The notes under the pieces are model-generated. The model saw only the letters and a list, made by a program, of their open reading frames with translations, ran no database searches and was not told where the DNA came from. Made by a program: the position numbers and the translations under genes. DNA of 63,756 nt, counting the filler, from Parasitella parasitica NRRL 2501 (lineage: Eukaryota; Fungi; Mucoromycota): the NCBI GenBank assembly GCA_025201805.1. It is 15 parts of 15 records of this genome, joined end to end, with 100 filler letters (N's around TTAATTAATTAA, not from the genome) between each part and the next. Parts side by side here need not be neighbours in the genome. Positions count along the whole stretch, not along the records: positions 49,084 to 62,491 come from MU619459.1; positions 62,592 to 63,756 come from MU619399.1; 13 more parts are not named here. One strand, written 5' to 3'. Below are positions 54,147-63,756 of this stretch, piece by piece (position 1 is the stretch's first letter; every line of letters starts with the position of its first letter).

Positions 54147-55949
54147 TCACCACTCATCATCCAAATGAGGCTCTAGCACTAATGGCTCGCCTAATTCAGG
54201 AGATACATTTGGCTTGACAAGTTGACTTGAATATCTCGTCTTCTCGATTCGTTCCTTAAGAATGAATTGCGGCACCTCCGCCAAGCTAAAATATGACGGT
54301 GGCAATGATTCGTCCAGAGGCGGCGAAAGCGACAACATGTCAATAGGAGGCATTGTACTTGACAGTATTGGCTGGAGCAAGACCTCATCATCCGCAGTCA
54401 ATGCTGGTGGTGGCGGTAGCGGCGCAGAGTATCCATCCAAACCCATTGGATAGGGCACGCTGGTGCTGTTGGCACTGCTGCTGCTTCGACTTCTGCTTGC
54501 AAAATCACTCGGTGGGGCATCCAATTCGGGGTTGAAGAAGACCGGTGCATTCCGACACTCCTTATAGTCTTGAATGCAGGCCAGATCGCGCACACGGGCT
54601 AGATTCCGGTTTGACAAGTTTGCAACACCTATTGGAATCTCTGACTGAGCATACTGTGTGGACTTTAGCAAATGACCCGAATCGAACTGAATCATGAAAA
54701 CAAGGTAGTAGTACACTCGAACATGATTTGACGTAAAGCAAGGCGAGACTAGTCTGGAGGGCATTTGAACGCTAATGCCGGATAAATGTATTGAGCCACT
54801 GTTGCTTTTTACTGGTATCATTGTTTGCTGGATATCTCGTTTATACAGCCGATGCACGGTACCACGCTGCAGCAGCAATTTACCTTCGTACACCTTGCGA
54901 AGCTTAAATGCAACGCTGCCAATCACGACGTCCGGCGGGATTGTGTCTATTTCAAGATCAATCTGGAATTGTTGGTCGGGACAAAAGACCTGTGCCGGTA
55001 ACTTGGCTCTGAATGTGGCTAATGGCAGCTTTTTGTTCGTATTGCTCTCCTTGTGAAGCGTTTCTTGAAAGGTCCAAGGAGTCTCAACTGGCGCTACAAG
55101 CAATGGTCGATAGGGTGTCACTAGCTGTTCACTGCGGATTCCCGGATGATTGGCAGGTCCATCCAAATAAGCTGTCCATATGTAATGAATAGAAAAACCT
55201 GTCGGGTCATCAATGGATGGAGGAAAGTTGACATTTGGAAACTGGTAATAATAATTAGCGAAAACGATGCTTCGCAGTTTGCTGCTTTGTTGTATGCCAT
55301 ACTACCTTGAGTGCAAACTTAAAGTCATGTTCCCCAGGTTCAATAGATTGCCAGGAATTGACGGCATAGGCTACGTATATGTGTTATACATGTTAATTGA
55401 ATAAAGGGCGGAACTTTTCAATTGTACGCACCACTTCTCTCAGTTCCCCATACAATTGTCTCTACATCAAAATAAGTCGTTGCGATCTTCTCAATGCGAT
55501 CCAACTTGGAATCAAGGCCAGCTTCTTTCACTTTAGCGCAAGCACATTCGACGCCTCTAAACTTGATGATTTCGGCGGATTAGCCTAGAAGCATTATCAT
55601 AAAGAGGTTAGCTTACTTTGATTCGCAACTGACTCGAGTAGATGGCCTTTTTGGTTTTGACCTTGACAGTGCCTGTTTAACAAGTCATCCGTTCAGAATC
55701 AAGCTTAAAGTAAGCGAGAACAAAGAAACATATATGCATACCTCGCATTATTTTGTTAGGGCGGATGGTTGCCTTTTCTCCCCCTTCCAGATGGATAGAT
55801 ATTTCAATTTCTTTTGTAGTTTTTGTAGTTGATGCATCAGCAGCATTTCCAGCTATCGCCGCTGTAAACGATGCTGGTAGAGGTCTAGAACTAGGAATAA
55901 TAGACAATCTTCTAGTAGTTGACGCATGTCTTGACAAGGTAGTTGACAT
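54147..55949 (-). CDS. Alpha-arrestin (arrestin-N/C domain) protein, multi-exon
   Basis: Arrestin-like strands (F.C..PNVNFPPS...PTGFSIHY.W.A.LDG; SPCF.S.HVRVYY.L.F) and a PY motif LPPSY. Confidence 0.75.
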
Positions 55950-57895
55950 TTTTTGTTTTTTATGTAGTGCTTATGGAAAAAAAAAAAAACGGGAAAGCTG
56001 CCGGTTAATCCAGATCATATTTATATTGGAAAAGTCTGCATGAATTGTAATCAAAAAGACTCTTGAAGGGAAAAGTCGCCTATTTAAAACAACATCATTC
56101 AGGTTTTCTATTTTATGAATTGGGAAGAATGAATAAAGTTGATATTGGTTTCATGTTGTATGGCAAGTTTTGTTCTAGCAAAAATAGAAAAATCAACCAT
56201 TTGACGTTGGTTTCAGTCAGTTTGCAACTTGACACCACATTTGGGGGGCGCACAATGACCACTGCCTCAAAGCCGTTTTGATGGTGTTGAGAGTCCTTTT
56301 CTCAAATCTGATTATCTCTGCCACATTGAAATAAAAGGTTAACAGGCCCACACGCTTAATTTATGAGCTCTCTAGCCCGAAATCTTGCTAAAGTGCTCTC
56401 TTAACTGCCCATATTTTCAAATGATGAATAGTGTCCAATGTAGACATTCAACGTATACCATCGGTCGTGTGTTCGTAATTCTTTGAGATTTTGAAGGAAA
56501 AGTGTCAAACAAATACATTTGATGACTTTAGTGAAACGAATTTTTTTTTAATTACAAACATATACTAGAAATTATTGTATTAATGGTCAAGTGTATACGT
56601 AGTAAATTATCTTGCTCCGTTGTATTCATTTGAATTATAGAGACTTGTATGTCGAGGTTATCTAGTTTGGACAGCTTATACTGCTTACTTGCTACTTTGT
56701 TTGTTACAGTACTAGTCAGGAGACAAGTTATTTAGATCTTGTAGGGTGTAACTTTCTAGTTGAAAACTTGACATCTGCATGGGCCCTTTGTCTTTGGAAC
56801 AATATAATGCTTTTTACACGTGTGGGCTGTCTGTAAGGATTTGGAGCGCATACCATCATTTTGTACTAGTATTTCGGAATTCTCTTGTATTGCCCTGTAG
56901 CATAACAGTGAGATGATATACCTCAAATGCAGTGTGCTTTGTTGAGCACCTATGTTTGGTTGGTCCTAGCCCCCATTTGTCATTGTGCAGACAGCGTTTT
57001 GCCACACTCTACGATTGAGTCAAGTTTGTCGACTGCATATTTTGAGAGCGGTATCAGATCAGTCTGTGTGGCATAACATGCCAAAATTTTGAAAGTATAA
57101 TGGCGCTCAACACACTTTCTTTTCCTCACATATATCTTCCTTGGCTCAAAGAAATCTACATGTGCCTTGACTTTTCCTAAGTTCTCACTAATCAAGACAT
57201 GCCTCTGGTTAGTTGTTACGCAGATATGGGAATTGCAGCCTATGGCTCGTTTTATGATGGTGCCTTTAGATAGTAGACTCAGAAGTGTGTGATACTCATT
57301 ATTGAGTCATGCACCACCTTTGTGTGTACATCGTTTCATTTGCCAATAAAAAATAATGAATATGCATTTCTTTCAGGGAAATGTACCTTTGTCGAATATC
57401 AGATTGATGGAGTTATTCATGCGTTCATTTGTAATGAGACAAGGTTATGGTGATGGATTCCGTTGGTTTATCTCAATACGTTTAACTAAGCTCTGCTTGA
57501 TAAATTAAATATGTTGCTTTATTGTTTATCTTTCGCACTAAAAAATGAGAAAAAAAAAGCCCTTGAAAGCATAATGAAAAATTGTGCTGCAAAACGTTAC
57601 AGTGCTTTTACAACCAAATTTGGGTAAAAAATCCTACGAGTTGCTGTCATTAACTCGAAAGTTTGGATTATACAGACTGAAGCGCTGCCTACAGCAGGGT
57701 GATATTGTTCATTTCTCACAGTTTCATAAACATTTTTGGGCCAAAAATGCGAGAGTCTTGATTATCGTTCACAGCCATCAACATTTTCACAGGAGCTCAA
57801 CAAAAACGATGAATTCACTACAAGAGAAACAGCTATGCTGTACTTTCAGACACCATCTATTTTAAAATCTCTATACATCATCACTATTATTGTTA

Positions 57896-59357
57896 TTAAT
57901 CTAATCCAAACAAATAGTAAGCAAGTTGAACAGCCCCAAAGATAATCTATAAATTTGAGAAGCAGGAATTAAGTCAATGCTGCTTGATTAGACAACGGAC
58001 CACACTTACTGGTTGCCAAACGACTAAATATCGAACACCGTCTAACAAGTTAAGATACAGCTGCTGTTGGGTATCCCATCTGCGTGAAATTAAAAGCGCA
58101 TTAACCATCTGCCACGTAGTCGAGTCTTATTCGATTATGTATAAGCGTTCAACTTACGGATTTCTTTTGAATTGTTTGAGATCGACCTTCTCCTTGCTGT
58201 AAATAATGCATAAAATTAGCTACTTGACCAGCGCACCACACAATGTGAATGCCTTACCAGTAAGGACAAATATCCTTCTTTCCAATCATCACCCAACCAC
58301 GAATACACTTTTCATGGAATACATGCTTACAGGTCAATTGATGAACCGGGTCATCTGAAAACATTGGACGTTGAGTGGGATCAGTTGTCAAAGATGCAGT
58401 ATGACCAACAGAGGTAGCATGTCCGCAAACAGCGCAAATGCCTTCACCTAAATATTTGTTTGGTAATCCATCCTCTGAATAGTATCCAATTGTTGCTGCC
58501 ATTCTATCCGTGCAAATTTCGACGAAATCTCTACCCAACACACTATCAAAAAAAAAAAGATTAACCTTCAAAGTGGTCTTTTTAGAATCTTAGACTCACC
58601 CAAAGTACAATCCATAGCTCAGCATCAGTATACCAGTTTGAATAAATTCAGAGCCGGCAGAGAAAATCTCTGCAATACCAAAAAATGCAACCAAAATCAG
58701 GGCATAGCCGACCACACCAACTACAAATGATACATTATAGACAACCGTGAACCATTTGTAAACCATGCGAGGAGTCATTGCTTCTAACGGCTTTCTCGAC
58801 GCTTTGTAAATAACTAGACAAACAGCTTCTCGTCAGGTTCCTATTCTCCAGCTACTGATTCCAGAAAATCTTACCGAAGCCGTTGACGACAGAGTACAGC
58901 GTCCAAACTATTAAAAATCTGTACCATTCTGCGTAAAAACCAAACAGCATGGGAAAGATATAAAGGCCTCCCAAGCTAACTGCTTGATATGATTTGTAAT
59001 GCTTCTTTTTCCACCATAAAATCAGGAACTGAGATGCGAATAACGCAAATAACAAGATGATGGCCATGAGTTCATGTTGAGATTCATGTCCTGGCAAAGA
59101 AATTGTAAGCTGGTCTCTTTGGGCCAATATTGCGAAAAAAAAAAAAAGCAATGCTTACCTTTGTGTTCTTTGTTGTATTCTAGCTGCGAATCATAGCTGA
59201 GCGAAAAAGTGGTTAATTTTCCAGATTGCTTAATATACCAAATGAATGAAATCTACCTTTCCAACTGTTCGGGTGTTAGGTGACTAATTTGTTCATCAGT
59301 CAATTTTCCTTCTAACCAGGCATGACTAAAAGTGATATCGTATCCTTCTTGACTCAT
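57896..59357 (-). CDS. RNF121: Transmembrane RING-H2 E3 ligase, RNF121/RNF175-like, multi-exon
   Basis: [38 protein letters not shown], CAVC...LTCKHVFHEKCIRGW...GKKDICPYCKEKVDL, LLDGVRYLVVWQP. Confidence 0.9.
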
Positions 59358-59490
59358 TATCGCAAATACAGCCAACAGCCAACAACAATAAAAATGGAAA
59401 AAAAAAAAAAAAAAAAAAAAGAGACGAATTCGAAAAATAACACATTTTTATATTATTGTTTGGTTTATTATGACTCCGTTTTTTTTTTTT

Positions 59491-61524
59491 TTACTTTCTA
59501 CCAAAGATCCCCCAGAAACCGCTGCCAGAACCTCCTGCTGATTTTCCGGTGCGAGCAGCTAATGACTCGTCTGGATATTTCACAAAGTTGGCAGCTAAAT
59601 CAAAGTAGAACGGTTTGCAAGCGACTGGCTGGAATTTAGGCGGGAAATCCACAAGATTTTCAGGGCTGATGCTGGAAGGATAGTCATCCAAATGTTCCAA
59701 CAATGTTTCTGCAGTGCTCAAGTCTAACTGCTGCATCTTTTGTGACACTTGCTGCTCATCACTGTCACCAGATCCATTTTCAAGGTACCAAGCAGCACGG
59801 GATTTCCATGTGCCTGAGCGGATCCTCTGTTCTAAATCACCTAAATCACCGTCGTTCACCTTCAAGAGAGCATCTTGAGCAAAAGAGCGAATTTGTGAAA
59901 GTGCTTGCTTGGCTTGAACAACATAGGTCTGTCCTTTTTGATAGATTGCAAGCGACTCTGGTGTCTTTTTCATATCGTTGTAGGCTGACGCAACTTGAAC
60001 ACATCTACAGCCCTTGTAGAACAGCGATAACACGTTCAGTTCGCCATCAAGCGACATGTCGTCTTTAACGTGAGGTAATTCCCAGATATATTCAATGTTT
60101 TTCAAGATGTCATCATACAATTTGACAGCTTGCTGAGGCTTCTTTTCTGCTGATTCGACCAGACAAACATTACGCTCGATGGAAGAGCCAAACAAGTTGT
60201 ATTCGATATAGGTAAACAGATTGTTCAAATCTTCGGTGGCCTTGGCTGATTTAGAGGAAGTGACCTTGGCAGTCGCTTCATTGTCTTCCTTTAAAGCCTT
60301 CTTTGCAAACTTATCGGCTTCGGTCCAGGCGCTTAATACGGCATCAAATGCCGAGGCGTCAGATGTCTGAATCGACGCTCTGGCATCTTGTGCCTTCAAG
60401 ACAGCTTGTGCCAAAGTTTGGTTCTTGATAGTGAATTCTTTATCGCGCCACGTCAAAGTTTTCAGAGATTGGTGTTTAGAAGACTTGTCCTCACCGATCT
60501 TGGCAAGCTGCTCCTTTAATTGCTCCATGCTAGGGTTCTGATGCTTACCGATAATACCATTGATATCTTGTCCATCACTGGATTGAAGCTTGTAAGCACA
60601 AAAACGGATGTTGGGATCAATGTCATCAATTGCAGAGTAGCATAAAGCTTCTTGTTCTGCAGTGCTGTTGGTCTTTGCAAATTTCTCATAGACAGCTCTA
60701 ACAGAATTTCAGCTTCAAAACACTCGTATATATATATATATATATATTCCCGGCTTGACAGTTACCTTGATTCAATGAATTGACCCATCGCCTCTTGCCA
60801 CTGCTGCTGCTCAAAACAAAGATACCCCTTCATTAAAGAAGCATATGCCTAACAAATACGTAGGTTAACGGCTAGATTTCCAGTACAAACCCAAACATAC
60901 CTTGATATCCAACACGGTTCTAAAATCAACGCTTTGTTCTTGACTTTGCGTAGAGAGAGCTTGAGCATGTTGAGAAGCCCTTTTCAATCGCTTGATCAAA
61001 TGGTGGCGATGACGAGTTTCCATACTGTTGGCGCCTTCTTGCTTCAGCTCCATAGCAAAAGCCCAGGCACGTTCGGATTCATAGACACCGAGATGAAGAA
61101 AACGAGCATCATTGAACTCTTGGGGAAAAGGTTTGCGTACATTGGAAGTCTTGTTATTGGATTGCGTGAGTTTGAGGATCTGGCGAAGGCGGCGAATACG
61201 GTTGGTACAGTACTCGCTACAGGGAAAATAAAGATCGTTAGGAGCTGCTCCATTCTGAGGCATATAATTTGTACCGATAACGTTGATAGTCTTGATGTCT
61301 AAGACCATAGGTCATACGAGACTCGTTGATGAGGCCCAGCACTATCTACCCATGAGTAATTTTTTTTTTTTTTTTTTTTTACCAAACTATTGTTTGCTTA
61401 TTTACCATCTACACTCATTGGAGCTGAAGAAGAGGAAGTAGTTGTATCCATTGCTATCAGATGAGAATGTGTTATTTTCTGAGATACGCCATAACGTTTG
61501 GATTGTTCATTTACGTTCTGCCAT
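59491..61524 (-). CDS. SRP68: Signal recognition particle subunit SRP68, multi-exon
   Basis: YGLRHQDYQRYR.YCT.R.RRLR; ESERAWAFAMELK; IDPNIRFCAYKL; FPPKFQPVACKPFYFDLA; GFWGIFGRK. Confidence 0.95.
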
Positions 61525-62460
61525 ATCTTTGTTGTCCAGAAAGCGAGAGAGAAAAAAACAAGGCAATGTCTGTCCAACGCGAGTAGGACACAAGAAGCTG
61601 GAGAAAAGAAATTTTATTCGACTGGGTTTCTACTCAGCACAAGATCTTCTATACAGGCATAATGTATATTTAGTGATCTACCACTTTCAGGCTGTGTAGA
61701 GCATCAAAGACGTTGGCATCATTATTGATTGAGCTAATGTTGCTCGTTGCTTTGAAAGCGAAGTCAACCTTTTTTTTTTTTTTACAAGTATAGTTCCATC
61801 TACTTTTATTACTAGATTGTCCAAATGTTGGTGGAACATATCCATCAAGGACGTGTAGTGATTGGCTAGATGCTGATATTGAAGCGTGTGTTGTGCTGGT
61901 ACCGATGGCCAAGACAGTAACAAGAAGACATTGAGAACTGATAGATGGGATTATCAAAGCATCGCTCTATTGTGTAATTATCATATTGCCATTCCAATAC
62001 AGAGCCACTAAAGCAACATTTCCATTCCGCCATATCTTGCATGTTTCTGGTCTTTGAGGAATTTTGATAGTCTGTGAGGATCCAAACATTAGAGTACTTT
62101 ATAATGTCTAAATGCATCTGTTGGTTCTTAGACATGATTGATGTTGGTGCATAGTTATGGAATTATAATGAATGAAAAAAGGCATATAATGCTGCAAACA
62201 GATATAATACTGCAAACAGATGGATTTTGCCTTGCCGATATAGAGATCTATAAAGGTGTATTTAAACCAAGTATACATTAATATAAATGGTATCATTCTC
62301 TGGATTACTTGCTTGATAGCATGCTTTATTGCTTTTGAAAGATCATGCATACCACCAAGATCGCCCGAGATCCGCGAGCAGAAATAAGATAATATATTGC
62401 ATCCATGAATGCCCTTTTTCCCTGCATAATAATAAATAAACCTTGGGTCTTCCAAGGGTA

Positions 62461-62491
<31 letters not shown>

Positions 62492-62592
62492 NNNNNNNNN
62501 NNNNNNNNNNNNNNNNNNNNNNNNNNNNNNNNNNNTTAATTAATTAANNNNNNNNNNNNNNNNNNNNNNNNNNNNNNNNNNNNNNNNNNNNT

Positions 62593-63140
62593 TGCGTATC
62601 ATCTCCTTATACCAAGCTGTTCCTTGATAAAAGAGAAGCTACAATTTCTTATTATAAAACTACAGTTACGTGAAGATGTTATTACTCTGTATAATGTACT
62701 TATATTAGGCACAAATCTACTAACGTTGTATGTTTTTTAAGTTAAAATACCAGTTCATAAAGTTGTAAAAGAATAGATAAAACAAAAGAAAAAGGCCAAG
62801 GAGAGCTAACAAAGAAGCTAAAATAGTATGCATTCGGTCATCACAATATGCAATGTTTTGGGCTAAGCATGCAGAAAGAAGCCAATGGAAAAACACCGAT
62901 ACAAGAGGTCATCTCAAAATTTGAAAGCAAACATCATGTACAAACAAAATACATAACTTATTCAAGTATATTGCTACTGATGCTAGCATTATTACCACTA
63001 GCGTTTTCTTCAACATTTTGAACAACACTTTGGTTAGAAATAGATATTTCTTCATCAATTTTAATTTCAGATAAACATTTATATGACTGTGAGAGCATAA
63101 ATAAACCTTTACTCAAAACTGATGCGATATTTGGAATGCA
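62593..63140 (+). repeat. Further copy of the CACTA-derived dispersed repeat
   Basis: Matches ~17750-18180, ~15530-15960 and ~10145-10250. Confidence 0.85.
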
Positions 63141-63242
63141 AGATCGTTATATCCATAGAATACATGCTTAACACTATATCAACTCAGTTGACATGGAAAA
63201 CATTTATATAAGACAGGCCTAGAAATATAATAACATAATAGA

Positions 63243-63324
<82 letters not shown>

Positions 63325-63325
<1 letters not shown>

Positions 63326-63756
63326 AGAATAAGAAACAGGATTATGATCAAGATTATGATTAAGTTAGGGTTAATATTAGGACTAGGACTATGCTTAATT
63401 TAGAATTAAACTTAATAATAGGGTATAGAATACAATAAAAAATAATATATATTAGGATTATGCTTAAGATTAAGATTAAGATTAAAAGATAACATTAATT
63501 AGGATTAATATTAAGCTTAAACTTAATGTTAGAATTAATATTAAGTACAGATACTATTAGGGATAAGATTAAAATATTGATTAATATTAGGATAAATATT
63601 AGGACTAAACTTAGAGATAAGATTAGTGTTAAAAGAATAAAATAAGGATTATGTTAATAAATAGACATAAGAAAGGGATAGTGTTAAGATGATGATTAAT
63701 TAGGGTCATAAACAAGGCTTAGAATTAGAATAGGAATTAGGATAACGGGTTAGAAA
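63325..63756 (+). repeat. Degenerate 6-bp-period low-complexity repeat after a poly(A) run
   Basis: ttaggg, ttagga, ttaaga, ttaata and ctagga variants in register; very low C content on the plus strand. Confidence 0.6.

Noticed and set aside
56500-57400. Possible decayed DNA transposase between the arrestin and RNF121 genes
   Set aside because: Too degenerate; no catalytic motif or termini identifiable.
61670-62455. Fragmentary minus-strand ORFs, possibly a transposase relic
   Set aside because: Multiple stops and frameshifts and no convincing family motif.

Overview
Eukaryotic DNA with short GT-AG introns, most consistent with a Mucorales (Mucoromycota) fungus. Many short contigs are joined by an artificial N-TTAATTAATTAA-N linker, so adjacency across linkers is not evidence of real linkage. 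Positions ~1-38 kb are mostly transposon sequence: an intact, very recent Ty3/Gypsy element with identical LTRs and a TSD, sitting in an intron of a CACTA transposase; further CACTA termini and genes; a piggyBac hit by two solo LTRs; Helitron, L1-like LINE, Tc1/mariner and Ty3 fragments; and one tRNA-Leu(AAG). Positions ~38-62 kb hold ordinary spliced host genes (SEM1, DAHP synthase, SAM-kinesin-13, Cdc12-type septin, a small membrane protein, PKA catalytic subunit, alpha-arrestin, RNF121-like E3, SRP68). The standout is contig 7638-10044. It is bounded by inverted arrays of a ~85-105 bp repeat with nested GGACCAACCT decamers and a CCAAT box. It carries two convergent paralogous genes: a 73-aa stand-alone domain, and a 5-exon 357-aa gene, not assembled in the ORF track, that joins the same domain to a C-terminal region resembling a serine recombinase (resolvase/invertase) catalytic fold. 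This is a candidate undescribed eukaryotic recombinase-like mobile or invertible cassette. All family calls come from motif recognition, not database searches.
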